From NCBI RefSeq assembly GCF_026210795.1, contig NC_089434.1, positions 1,364,001 to 1,428,000 of the forward strand: 64,000 nucleotides of DNA. The letters run 5' to 3'. The notes under the pieces are model-generated. The model saw nothing but the letters and a program-made list of their open reading frames with translations. It made no database searches and was not told the origin of the DNA. The position numbers and the translations under genes are program-made. Source of the DNA: Rhizophagus irregularis. Lineage: Eukaryota. Of this stretch, positions 43,101-55,600 are shown one piece after another (position 1 is the first letter of the stretch; each line of letters begins with the position of its first letter).

Positions 43101-44296
43101 TAAATATAATGAGGCCAATACCAAGATAATCTCCATCTGGGATCAGGACAAAGTAGTAAAGATTTTGCATAATTACCTAAACTATCTGTAAATCGCCGAT
43201 TTGTATTTTCATCATTTATATAAAATCCTTTTCCATATGGAAAAAGGTCAGGAAATAAAAGTGGTTCAATATTTTTATCATAAAAAGATATTGGTAATTT
43301 TTTATTATATGGATCAGTTAAAAATCCTGCCATTAATCGATTATAATGGTAATCTTCATTATGAATTTCTGCATCAAGTTCATAGGGAGGTAGTATTACA
43401 GCAGAAGGACGTGAATTAATGTTAAATAATGGTTGGTCTTGATTTTGAGAAGTATTACTAAGTGAGGCATTTGGAAAGATAATTGGTGCCCCATCCCATG
43501 TTCCACGATTAATTAAAGTTTGATATGGTTTAAAATAAGGATTATGATCTCGTAACCATCTTGCTGCATTATCAAGTGAAGAATGATACCATGAATTTGA
43601 TTGATTATTATTTAGTATAGCACCAATGGTACCAGAATATAATGCAAGTGCATTAATATTTTTTGAGTAGTTAAAGGTTCCAGTTAAGTGACGATAGTTT
43701 GTGTAAGCATTGCTATTTGGAACTCGGCCTAATGAACAACTAAGATGAATAGGTGAGAGATAAATTCGATGATATAAAGGCACACTTTGAATTTCATCAG
43801 GTATAGGATCAGGAATTGGTATTTTAAGATGATTATTAGAATTATAACAAGAAGAACATGTTGCTATACGTGCAGGTTGAGAATCATCAGTATGAAAAAC
43901 TAATGTGATTTGTGGATTATTTGAATAAGCTTCTTCTAAAGGATATTTAAATGTTCTATCATATAGTTCCCACTTTGCCTTTGTTGGATACTGTAAACGA
44001 GAACAATAACTACATGGAACACATGGATATTGAGTAAGAATAGTTGTATTAAACCGATCTTGTAAGTTACACAATTTTATAGAAGGTTGCCAGGATGGAA
44101 AATAAGCTCTAAAGGTGATGTTTGCAGAAGACAAAGATGGTTGAATTGGAATTCGAGAATGATCTGCATTAGCTTGTTGACGAACTGCATAACTTGAAAA
44201 TAATGAACTATCAAAATTTTCATGTTCTGAGTTCAAATAAGATTCAGAATCATTATCTGATACTTCAACTCTCCAATGATTAACAGTAAAACTCAT
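40193..44296 (-). CDS. Helitron Rep/helicase (HUH endonuclease plus PIF1 SF1B helicase)
   Basis: Rep motifs FYTMT, EFQNRGAIHTH and YMTKYVTK; helicase motifs GSAGTGKS, APTGVAA, GDIAQLPPV, QFPLQNAFALTVHKTQG and YVAISRA; uninterrupted 1367-aa ORF. Confidence 0.95.
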   Translation of the reverse strand: MSFTVNHWRVEVSDNDSESYLNSEHENFDSSLFSSYAVRQQANADHSRIPIQPSLSSANITFRAYFPSWQPSIKLCNLQDRFNTTILTQYPCVPCSYCSRLQYPTKAKWELYDRTFKYPLEEAYSNNPQITLVFHTDDSQPARIATCSSCYNSNNHLKIPIPDPIPDEIQSVPLYHRIYLSPIHLSCSLGRVPNSNAYTNYRHLTGTFNYSKNINALALYSGTIGAILNNNQSNSWYHSSLDNAARWLRDHNPYFKPYQTLINRGTWDGAPIIFPNASLSNTSQNQDQPLFNINSRPSAVILPPYELDAEIHNEDYHYNRLMAGFLTDPYNKKLPISFYDKNIEPLLFPDLFPYGKGFYINDENTNRRFTDSLGNYAKSLLLCPDPRWRLSWYWPHYIYLTIEKLRNHQNRNRILNQYNTSLSHQLTTADLITNSIYTGRPIINEKNTTTIPSYIRTGDSYFRQKEHHINTMVQGFGLPQIFYTMTMAENHWSHLKNILLKTDNKDPLPSNRPFHTYLHYHHRLASMHQYLWKNPNLTDWGNWLHHFERDEFQNRGAIHTHGIAYLSKSISELIDSNVIRADMPDPNSEPELYELVKKHQIHTCDSRCGGPAPSGSRCKKGFPQPYSDTTHEDPNSLRYIYRRTKEEDLYVIPYHAPTLFLWNGHINFQYVTTHQFAKYMTKYVTKSEPSEYFDISEPDAFRKHILARRLGSMELMILLLGYSICRSSIAVEFLPSIPPEIRTKSIKPLYLLQQEEQLSPYWDDAIDKYFDRPSDNEFDSMTYPFYHRNYTIQKSQPKNGIYYIDKKNCFVRKRQKEILVRFQHLTIQQSESFYYQQLLLRLPVRSETDLKSLYQTYKAHFEAKYPTEYSLTLNFVQNSMQSNIQRYTNNYQNLVNNLISSLHVNLQEIIGNQLNNLLRQPIRSLNLSSMLLSEDQYKIMNILTNSWGERLHSKHPYFFLTGSAGTGKSFMIHLIKNFLADKKTEYLLMAPTGVAAQNVNGKTIHSALYIRNTQTYFETLSHYNNQQFEKLSQIKAIIIEEVSMVSSILLSFISSLFAKINKSPVPFGGIPTLLIGDIAQLPPVSGKQVFYAPEWQEFFPLFLTTSHRQQVRSFYNILEEMRIGNISSETRRLIDEKVQSYQSNNEMSTDTTYIFGFRHSADSINNLICGYLPIFKDISSGFLISTAIDYVNEKECIPKEYDKQFRHYTNLPSELIIREGARVMFLTNKLFNEQLCNGSIGVVTKLINENQVEVAFPINNGINQVIVEKITTYFNLHGASAQRTQFPLQNAFALTVHKTQGLTLPHVTVSLDEQMFAHGQSYVAISRATSWENLEIQSFDPNAIKVDDAMLSELNRLQEKFNTMYLS

Positions 44297-45999
44297 AGTT
44301 TTATATTATATGAAAAAATTAAAAATGTATTTATTAATGTAAGAATTTTAATTACATTTCAGTGTTAATATACCAAAATAAAGGGTCTTTTACTAAAACC
44401 CTATTTTTAAATTGTGAAAGGATTTAACCAATAAAATTCCAGAAATCCAAAATTTTGGCTGAAATTTGTAATTTTGACTGAAACTTCAAAATTAGGCCGA
44501 ATCTTAAGATAGGCCGAAACCTGCCAAAATATCCGATTCCCGAAGATCATATGTGTTATGTAATACATGGATTTTATTATCTTATTTTTCTTATTTGTAA
44601 TTCTGGTAATTAATTACCAGTTTTTTCCTAAAAATAATGTAAAATACGTGATTATTCATTTTATTTATCATGTAATTAATGCAATTATTATTCGCTATAT
44701 ATATGACTTAGCTGTTATATCTAAAATTATTTAATATATTGATAAATAATTAATATTATTTATTAACTATATATATATATTAAAAACCACAGTTTTGGTA
44801 TTGGCCATATAACTTACTGGCTGATCGATAATTGTATAAACTGAGTGAATTATTTAATATATTTAATAAATAAATTATAATTATGTGCAATATTTATTTA
44901 TTATTAATATTAATTTAATATTATTTATTTACTATATATATATGCAGTTTTGGTATCGGTTGTACAACTTACCGGCCGATTGATAGCTTTTTAAAAAATT
45001 GTGTAAACCGAGAAATATTCTGTCATACTGTCTGTATAAATAATTTGAATTATGTAACATGATCTGTCCATGTTATTTGATTAGCGGTCAGGTCATATGT
45101 TCATATGTACACAATTCTTTATTGCTAATATAATTTTTCCAGTTAATGAAATTTTAATCACTTTTTTTACAAAAAAACTCAGTTGTATTAATAATAATTT
45201 TTCTATTCCCATCCTTTTGGAATGAACGGTGACAAAAAAATTTGCTTATTCATCATATAAAATTTTTTATTAAGTCATATAGAATTTTGCGTATTTAGGG
45301 GTAAAATTTCCATAACGTCATATTTGTATTTGCGTAGCAAATAAATTAGAAATGAATAGTCATATATAGATTTGCGTAACAGGAGTAATTTTTTATATAT
45401 AAAAAATAAAATTAAATTTCACACGTTCAAAAATTTTTATAAAATAAATTTTTAAACTGATAATTTGTTTTCAAATACATTATTGAACTTATTACATCTA
45501 ATTCTCATAAAATTAGACATCATACTCATAAAAAAAATTGTATTTTTCACAATAATATTACTTTATTTTTTTATTTTTTTACTAACGTCGGTACGCTCGG
45601 AATGCATTTTAGTCAAATGTAATCGCCTTTTCAAGTTTAAGTAATATTGTTCGGCGATGTCGAATCTACCTGCACGTAAATTTTCATAGTAATCGGAGCA
45701 ATACTTATGGAGTACTAATAATTTTCGCACTTTCAATTATTGCCGTATATTATCAAAATACAATATTTCATTGATAATATATCCTGATATATCCCGATAT
45801 TTTACTGATTTTTATGTGTATTGTATATTATTATTTATTAATAAACATCATTTATTTATTTTATTTGCTTAAAACTAGATATTTATTATATGTATTACAT
45901 TAATATTTTATCTTTCTAAACTATAAATGTTGTTAATGGTTTGGAACATTTTTCCAGTTGGTTCGATTCCAACAAAAAACTTCTAATACGTCTCAGATG

Positions 46000-47369
46000 T
46001 CTTTGATATCTCATCGCGTCTAATGTCATTTGCGTTTCCTATCCAAAAAATGCTACAAAAATAAGAAGGCATTATTAGTTTTGTTTAATAGCACCATTAT
46101 CACCCAATTTAATAAAAAACCTACGTACCATAATAAAATCCTAGAAAACAAAGTAAATAATGGGGTTAGTACTACCATTAAAACCATCACATAATTATCC
46201 AAAAAATTTATTGACACCATCCAAAAATCTAAAAAAAATAAAAAAAGGCATTAATATTATTAAACAATACACCATTAAACACCATGCAAAGGATCTACCA
46301 TGAAGAATGTTGTTTAAAATTATCTGGGAATCTAAAAATAAAAAAAGGGATGTTAATGTAGTTTAATAACGTCACCATTAACACCCACACAAATAAACCT
46401 ACCATGAATAATTGTCCAAGAATCATCCATAAACCTAAAAAAAGAAGAAATAAAAGCCTTTCCAAAATACAGAAATCAAGTGGCAAATTTTACTTTCTTT
46501 TTAGATTTACTTTTAGTCAGTTGTGATGGTATAGGAGTAGCGGGAGTAGTAGAATGAGAACGAAGTTGACGAGTTTTAATGGTATAATTCTCTTCTAATA
46601 AAATTTTTAATTAAAGAAATAATATATAATAACAGTTGAAAGATATAATATTGAAATATACCTTTTAGTTCCATATACTTTTTACCCAACATTCTCTGTT
46701 CTTTTCGCTGCTTCGTTAATTCATCTTCAAGGTCTAATATTTTTGATCGTGCAATAGTCAGATCATCTTCCAGCTGAGACCTTAGTTGAATACTGTCATG
46801 AAGGGAGTCTTGTGCCTCATTAAGTTGTTTCTGAATATGATTAAGATGACGACAACAACTTTCAAGTTCCTCTGAATTAAATTAAAAAAAAATATATGTA
46901 TATATGTGTATATGATAATAATTGGATAGTTAGTTCGAGAACTAAGTGGATAAAGTCGATAGTTTAGAAAAGATCTGCAGAAGGTAAAATCCTTTTAAGA
47001 ACTGGACACTGGGAATATGAATACTCCGTCTACAGGTAATGAACCGTCAAGAACCATGCCCTGAGAATACGAATATACTGTCTGCAGGCAACCTCTTTTA
47101 AGATCATTTAGTAAACCTTGTGTACAATACCCACCTTCAAGAAGTTGAACCTTTGGTTTTCTGGCAGCTTTCAAAGCCTTCAAGCGATTTTTAGATTTTC
47201 GGTTAGAGGTGGCAGAACGTCGACAGCGTTTCTTATTTGATGCAGCAGCAGTAGTAGAAGGACGAGCAGCAGTAGAAGGACGAGCAGCAGTAGAAGGACG
47301 AGCAGCAGTAGTAGAAGGACGAGCAGCAATTAAAGCAGAAGTGGTGGTAAATTTCCTAGTGGCAACCAT
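46000..47369 (-). CDS. Multi-exon hypothetical protein (AARPST repeats, basic stretch, coiled coil); 3' end uncertain
   Basis: ORF MVATRK...(AARPST)x4...KKRCRR; downstream exon at ~46870-46660 encodes EELESCCRHLNHIQKQLNEAQ..., a coiled coil. Confidence 0.4.
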
Positions 47370-48825
47370 TTTGAGAAGGAACAAATAGATGTGTAGTAAA
47401 GGTGTAGTGAAGGAAAATTTTGAAAAATATTAAGTAAAAATAAGAAAGGAAGGAAAAATGAAGATACTTATATAATGAAGAGATGTGATGCGTAAACATG
47501 TAAAAATTAGCAAAACAAATAAAAGGATAAATGTTACATGAGGGAAAATTCTGGAAAAGGAAAATCATATCAGAAAAATTATTTTCAGAACAAAGGAAAA
47601 TAGTCTAAAAATAGTAATACTCGATAAGTTAATTTAAGGAGTTAAAATAATAAAATTAATAAGTCGCGACCATTAATTTATTTTTAGAAATAATTAGGAT
47701 TATTTAATTTTAAAAATTAAGATACTGATTTCAATAATTTAACCTATAATTGTAAATTATGTAAAATAATGAAAGGAACTTTTAAAGCCCCAATAATAGA
47801 AATCTATCAAATGAATTTATAAGGAGAGATTTGTAAGAACACAAAATTTGAGCGCGAGGGATGTCTGTAGTATCACAAATTAGTAGTAGGTAGATCACTT
47901 ATAATTGGCGAGATAGAATCCAAAATCATTTGCTTATTGATCATAGTAAAAAATTTTGATTTTAATGTGACCTTTATATGTATTGTTCGGGGTCCTGATG
48001 CAGCTATCCGGTTATTTTCAGTTTTTGTAATTACAAATTTTTTTTAAATGAATATTATTCCTTTTTCAGTCAGTCATTTTTTTTTCCATCATTGTAATTC
48101 TTTTATTTATTTAGTATTTTTAATAATTTTTTTATCACTATAAAAATTTGTTTTTAAATTTTCTATTAATAAAAGTGTTAATGACGATAATTATGATGAT
48201 AGTGAGGAATAATAATAATGAGAAATAATTACAATAGTTAATCCAATGAGAATTAATTCTAATATCATGTGATTTAAATAATGATACTATTTAGGAAATA
48301 AATGATGTAATTATGCAGGGCAAAATATTCGCGATCAAAGTCCAGTTAACATATAATTATGCAGGCAATGCAGGCAATTGTAATTTTATATTATATTTTA
48401 AAACATTGCAATTTAATTAAGGAATAAGGATAAGCATATTATATTTTAAAAATAGTGCAATTTAATTAAGGAATAAGGATAAGCATATTATATTAGAATC
48501 AATAAGTTTTAAGGACTTCGTTAATTAAATTTATTACATTAGATCAATAAATTTTAAGAACTGCATTACAAAAAAAATTTAGAACTGCGTTAATTAAATT
48601 TATTACATTAGAATCAAAACTGTGTTTATTTTGTTACAAATACTTTAATTATGTAGAATGTTATTATGTTCATCAGTTCATGTTTTAAACATTATAACGA
48701 ATTTTAAAATTATTATAAATATTATGAAATTTGAATTTTTTTTTCGCAATTCAAAACCAAATTGTATTTTAATTTTCAAATTGTATTTAATTTTCAAGTT
48801 ACAAAAAAATCATAAAAAATAAAAA

Positions 48826-49512
48826 ATGGCAGCATTAGTACCTTTTGTTCCACCGCCACCACCAGTATTCCAATGGACGATTAATGCTGCTAGGCAGTTA
48901 ATTGCGGAGCGAAGAAACTTACATCAGCAATTCGAAAGAATTGCAAACCGCTACCATGTTAATGCATGGACAATAATAGCAAATAGGGTGTTCGCTGCAA
49001 CGGGATTTGCAGCGACACCCAGGCAGTGCTATACAAAATGGAATGCCCTCAAACGAGGTTATGAAAACCTCAGTAGAATAATAAATAATAATGATGACGG
49101 CATTCCTATTACAAGCCCAAATAGTTTCGATAGAGCGTGTTTTGCCGATATGAACGATGAATTCTGGTTACAAACCGGTAATTATTATTAATTATTATTT
49201 TAAATTAATTTTATTTAGGCAATTCATTCAATTCATTAATATTTTTATTGGATTTTAGATCTGTTTAGACGAGAGTATCGACGGCGGCATGCTGCGCATG
49301 ATCGACGTCGATATGAATATAGATTGCGAAGGGAAAGAAGAAGGTCGCGATCTAGGTCTCGATCAAGGTCTCGATCAAGAAGTAGATCAAGAAGTAGAGA
49401 TAGAAGACGAGATAGAGGTAGAGATAGAAGACGGGACAGAAGTAGAGATAGAAGACGGGACAGAAGTAGAGATAGAAGAAGAGGTAGAAGCAGGTCCCCA
49501 CATAGAAGATAA
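48826..49512 (+). CDS. Myb/SANT-like (trihelix) DNA-binding protein with an RS/RD-rich tail, two exons
   Basis: WT.NAARQLIAERR...AWTIIA...TPRQCYTKWNALKRGY; GT-AG intron at ~49178-49258; exon 2 encodes RSRSRS/RDRR repeats. Confidence 0.75.
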
Positions 49513-49591
49513 TTTTAATTTTTATTATATTTTTAATCGTATATTTTATTAGTTTAATATTAAATATTATAAAATAAATATTTACATACAA

Positions 49592-50035
49592 AGTCGTCGG
49601 GCTGGTAGTGTGCCTCGCTAGCGCTCATCCCACCTCGGCCACGGCCTCGCAGTACCTATATCCCCCCTCCGTGGGGCAGGTTTACCTGCCACAGTACCAT
49701 GGTCTGCCACGGTATTTTTCCACTTTTTTTTTTTCTACATTTTTTCTTATATATAACTTACTATGACAACTATGGCAACTATGGCAGACTACTTAAAAAT
49801 GGAATAAAAACGCGAATAAAGCCGAAATCAAACAGAATCTCCTGCCATAGTATCTGCCATAGTACGAAAAATCTTATAATAATACTATGGCAGCCTTAGT
49901 CAGCCCCTCAGACCCCAAAACCCGATTCACGCTATGATTACCCTTTATATACTCACCTAGACCCTCCAAGTATGATTCCCTATGTCCTGAACTATGGCAC
50001 CCGAACTATGGCAGCCGAACTATGACCACTTACCC
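49592..50035. repeat. Element terminus (putative TIR) with ACTATGRC iterons and hairpins
   Basis: Homologous to 63758-64000. ACTATGGC/ACTATGAC occurs about 7 times, plus inverted GCCATAGT copies; hairpin GGCAGG-TTTA-CCTGCC near 49675-49690. Confidence 0.8.
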
Positions 50036-50109
50036 CCGTCAGAAAAAATATATTCGGCAATTGAAGATTAGGTAACTATAAATTAGTACTCGATTTGATA
50101 GAACAAAAA

Positions 50110-52591
50110 ATGGCCGCTCAAGTTCCAGCAATCTTTAACCCCAACAACCGTTTCTTCTACGATGACCTTCTTAAAAAATGTGTAGGTACACACACGAAAG
50201 AAAGCGTCAATTCAGCAATCTTGGCTTCTGTGGCTTTCATCACCACAAAATCCGGCATGTGGATTAGAAAAAAGAAGGCTTACAATGGAAGCATATACTT
50301 CGAGTTCGCCGCAGATCTTAAGGGGATTTCTACTAAGCACAAGGTAATTATTCGGTCAGATACCGGAGAAGACAGTGACGTGACCACATCCACCAAATTA
50401 AAGGATCTTCTTCTCCAAGCATCAATCGCAAAGATCTGTTATACAGATGTAAACTTCATGCCTTATCCCCCAAATGCGCCAAAGTATAATCCTGAATTCT
50501 TCAATCTCTTCCTAGGTTTCAGGGCCCAACCCGCTAAGCGCATCAAACCAAACCTAGTTAATCCAATCATCCGACACGTTCATGAGGTATGGTGTGCAGA
50601 GGACAAGCAATTAACTATATACATCCTCAACTGGCTCGCATTTCTAATTCAAAATCCAGACAAAAAACCCGGTACAGCAATTATCATGCGCAGTCCCCCC
50701 AGATGTGGTAAGAATATCTTAACCGATTTTATCGGAGAACGTATTCTCGGCCGTGAAAATTTCCTCTCCACTACTCGTCTTGAAGATGTAATGGGAAGGT
50801 TCAATGTGGCTGTTCGTGCCAAAAAACTTATCATCCTCAATGAATGCGATATGTCAGGCAAGGAATGGCATGGGGCAAACAACCGACTCAAGAGTTTAAT
50901 CACCGAGCCTTACATCTCTATTGAGGAAAAGGGGATAGATGTGAAGGTTATTGATGACTTTGCTGGCTACATGATCCTCAGTAATCATGCTATGCCAATC
51001 CGCATAGAAATGGGAGATGAAAGATTTGTAGCTCTCAACGTCTCAGCCAAATATAAGGGCAATAGAGAATACTTCGGTTCTCTCGTAAAAGTATTAGAAA
51101 ATCCGGATACAGCCAGTTCCTTCATGTCCTATCTACTTAGCCGAGACTTAACTGGCTTCAATCCCCGATCTATTCCTGATACTCAAATGAAACGGGAGTT
51201 AATTGAAGCAAGTATCCCGAATCCCCAGCGTTTTATACAATATTACCTTGAAATGATGTGGCCCGACAATTGCGACACACTTGAAATCCCGTGTACAAAT
51301 TTCTATAGCACCTACCAGAATTGGTGCAGTGAGAAGGGTGAAAACAAAACACTAAGTGACAATAAATTCGGTATGGAGATTAAACAATTCGCCCCTAAAA
51401 TGCGTGTAAGCCGCTCAGGTACCCGAATAAACTATTACATACTAGATAAAGCAAAAATCGTGGAGAATTTTAGTAAAGTAATCCAAGATGTACAAGACGT
51501 ACAGGAAGCACCAGTAGAGGGAGTAGAGTTAGTTGCCGAGAAACCCGCTGAGGAAAAACCCGCTAAGAAAAAACCCGAACCCGCTGAGGAAAAACCCACT
51601 GAGAAAAAACCCGAACCCGCTGAGGAAAAACCCGCTGAGAAAAACCCGAACCCGCTGAGGAAAAACCTGCACCTGTAATTCGCAAGACTCCTCCACCGCT
51701 TCCACCCAAGCCTGACCACTTAAAAGAACGTCCACAAGAGTTAAGAAAAGAACAACCAGATCCCGATGAAGATACTAATGAGTCAAACACCGATAAATCT
51801 ATAGATAACTTTTCAGATTGTTATCTATCTGACGAGGAACCCGACCAAGAAGAACCTATCCCCGAGCCAGATAACTACGACGTTTTAGATGACTTGCTAT
51901 CTGACTCAGATTTTACAACTGTGAACCCAACTCCTGAACAACAACCCGAATCTCCCGCAGAATCTTCTGCATCTGTCACTAAGCCTGACCCAGAACCGGC
52001 TCCTGAAGAGCAATTTATCCCAGAACCCGACACAGAACCAGAAGTTGACCGGGATCCTGAACCAAAGGAAGGCACTCGAGCGCATTGGGCTTGGCATGAA
52101 AGACACCGATGGGATCGCAAACCGTGGGTTAAAAATTCAAAAGACCAGGCCTTCGATGATCTCTACAATACAAGTAAGGAATTATGGGCCAAGTACCAAG
52201 ACGCGTCAGACGAATATGACTGGGAAATACTCGCGTTTGAAATAGAGGAATGTCCCACAACGCGTATTGAGGACGAGTACCAGTACTACCTTATGGAGGT
52301 AGTAGACCGCTTCAAGGACTGGATCGAATATAATGGATACTTACCTAAAATACCTAGCCGTAAAGAACTCGCAGATTTAATAAGAATATACAAGGATAAT
52401 CGTGATGCCGAGATTATTTCCACCCCTCTGGTTATGAAACTATGAGGGCAGATAAGGGTAAAGCGCGAGAGATCCCCGAGGAACGTCCAAAAACTGATAT
52501 GGAACGTGAATGGGAAGCCGCCAATGGACTCATCGATGACTGGGATGAAGAGGATCTTGATCGTGTATGCAGCAAGATTGACTCCTTTTAA
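50110..52591 (+). CDS. D5-like SF3 helicase (DUF5906/NrS-1-type) with winged helix and long P/E/K-rich acidic C-terminus; two single-base frameshifts
   Basis: FFNLFLGF, ILNWLA..IQNP.KK, Walker A variant SPPRCGKN, LIILNE, LKSLITE...IEEKG, ILSNH, ERFV. Reading continues through ORF 51894-52445 to TAA 52591 if one A (~51640) and one C (~52424) are restored. Confidence 0.85.
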
Positions 52592-52674
52592 TAAGATAGG
52601 CACTTCTTAGTTATCTTATATTTTTTGTATAAAAAACCTATATTACAACTGAACACAATTCATAAATACATCAA

Positions 52675-55600
52675 ATGGTTTATTCAGAGATTGTCTGTGC
52701 TTTACCTACAAGACCGGATATCAAAGAATTACAGTATTCAGGCGCAAGATTTTCCAGAGGAGCAATAGCAAAACTTGGACAGCGACTCCAATCCCGGTAT
52801 CCGACACATAAATTTCAGATCCTGCTCCCCTATGAAAACTGGAAACCCGGTGGATGGACATCAGGAAACCAACCAGCTAGCCTTTTCTCACTCTTGGATC
52901 ACTACGATGAAGCACAACTACCGGATGACGCAGACCCTGATTATTTTGAACGATTCATAATTTATGTGAGAGATGCCCCACCGGTTGCAGGAGGTTGCAA
53001 CGGGGAGCTAAATGATTGCCTGTATGAATGCCTGAAAAATATCTACGGCACATTCTCTAAAATGCCAAAGTCAATCGAAAAGCCCGAATATATCAAAAAG
53101 GCATTAGGTCTCAATCGCGATGCTCCCATCCCAGTTTCATGCATGGACAAGGTTGAACAACTCGCAGGAAGTCTCGCAATTAATATTGTGGGGGACATTA
53201 CCCGAATCTCTAAGAGTAAGTCTGATAGACGTGCGACTCTCATCCTATCAGAAGGCCATTACTCCCTCACGTTAAATCCTGAAAGACTCCACCCCAGTAA
53301 AATAGATAAAAAGCGTAATTTACCCATTGTATACCATGAAGATGGGACCAATAATGTAGTCACAATATACAACGGCAAAACAGTTAAGTCTTGCACAATT
53401 GCGCAGTTTCAAAAAACTAAGAATTCCAAAAGTTCTTTCATCCCCGTCGAGAAAAACCGTAAGACTGGAGTATATGAAACTCTTGAAGAAGCATATCAGA
53501 GAATCCACGAGGAGCGGAATTCCTTTCTACAGGAGACAAAGAAGTTCGGTTTAGGAATCGACTTATCATACCATAACTGGTCTTACAAAAGAACGGCTCT
53601 CTGGTTATTCGAACGATTAAGTGTAGGAATTCCAGCCAATGATCCTCTTGACCCGATAGAAGCGGAGTGGTTAAGTGATGCAATGATGGGAGGATTAATC
53701 TGGGCAGATAACGAGTGGAAGGGCTATGGAAGACAGTATGATGCAACAAGTTTATACCCGAGTATCCAACAATCAAACGCGAACTTTCCAATCAGACGGG
53801 GTAAATTCCAGACACTTAATGACTTTGTCGACCACAGGGGTTATGCCTTGTATGGATTATTCCGTGCCAAAATAAGTGGGAATAATATTCTCTTCCGACA
53901 GAATAAAAGGGGAATCTATACATTCATCGACTTACAACGAGCAAAAAAACTTGGTCTCAATATACAGTTAATACAGGATGGGAAGCCAAATGCATTGATA
54001 TATGATAGAGAAGCGAGAATCCCTGGAACTGTAATATTCGGTGAGTATGTACACTTCCTCTTCAAAATTAAAAACCAGGGTGGCATAGCTAGGGTTGGTA
54101 AAATAACCGTTAGTTATGAATTTGGTTAATTAACCGGTTAATTAACGGTTAGTTAACGGTTAATTAACCCATAAATAACCTGTATATATAATTTTAAGGA
54201 AGTTAAAATAAATTTATAATTTATTAAATATTATAAAATTTTAATATATTTTATTTATTCTTCATCATCTAAATTAATAACATTTGCTTCAAATCCAAAT
54301 ATACTATCATTATCAGAACTATTATTATTATCATCTTCTTTATTTTCATTATCAGAACTATTATTACTATCTTCTTCATTTTCATTAAAATTACTACCCA
54401 TTTAGCTGTATGAGATTCTTCACCAGAATAAATAGCATCAAAGAATAATGGTTTTGGAGTACAAATAACAAAATTTTGAACTGATTCTCGATTAATATTA
54501 GACCAACCATCTGAAACCATTGTAAGAGATTTAGCTTGTAAAATTTGTTCATTACATTCAGCTTTAACTTCATCAAAAACATCATCAAGTAATTCATCAG
54601 CAAGTTTTCTTCGATTAGGTAATTTGAATGCTGGACGTAATTGTTGAAAAAACTGAATAACATAATTATTTTCAAGAAAAGAAAAAGGAACTCCAGCAGC
54701 AAATAATGCTTGAGCTAGTAAAATTTCAAGAGTATCTTGTTCTTCTTCACTCATACGATCAACAAAATTCTCAATTGTTGTATTTTTTAAATGCTTTTTT
54801 GATGTTTTTACTGTAGGAATAAAAGTAGAAGTAGTAGCATCAGAAGTTTCTAATAGTTCAGGAATTTGTTGTTTCTTTGTTTTTGCACTTTCTGGAGCTC
54901 TAGGACAACTATCATTAAGATGAACTTGCATTCTTTTAGCTGTACCTTGTTCAAAAACTTTAGAACAATAATTACAACGTACAGAAGGATGTGTTTTTTT
55001 CTTAGACCTACTACTTTCTTCATTACTTTCTGCTTCAGTAATTATTGTCCAATGTTTCCAAACAGTTCCCTTTTTTTTTACCATGATAATGAACAATAAA
55101 TTTGCAAAAAAAAAGTGTTTTTTTAAAAAAAATTTATCTTAAAAAAAAGATCATGCAATATGTAGATCATAGATTTAATCAATATTTATATTAATTAATA
55201 TTTAATTGTGTAACAAAATAATGGATTATCATTTAATCACATGATTTAAATTCTGCATTTTGATTGGCTAATTATAAATAACGGTTAATTAACCATTTTA
55301 AATCAATCATAACTAACAAAATTAACGGTTAATTAACCATGGTTAATTAACCGTGGTTAATTAACCCCCATCCCTAGGCATAGCTGGCCGCGTGGCAAAG
55401 CGAGTCCTCAACACATTATGGGGAGCATTATGCCAGAGGAAGCGTAATTACAAGACACTCACCACAGATCAAACAGACCCATTTACATTTCCAGAGGGCC
55501 ATACACTCGACTCTATCATACCAGTAGGATCTGACCAGTGGCGATTCCAGTTTACAAACCCGGGTAATCCCTTCAAAGGTGAGTATCCCAGGATCGCCCC

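Noticed and set aside
51530..51670. Tandem repeats as a separate repeat feature (also 59700-59830 and 60990-61045)
   Set aside because: They are coding low-complexity peptide repeats within the helicase linker, the ATPase and the coiled coil.
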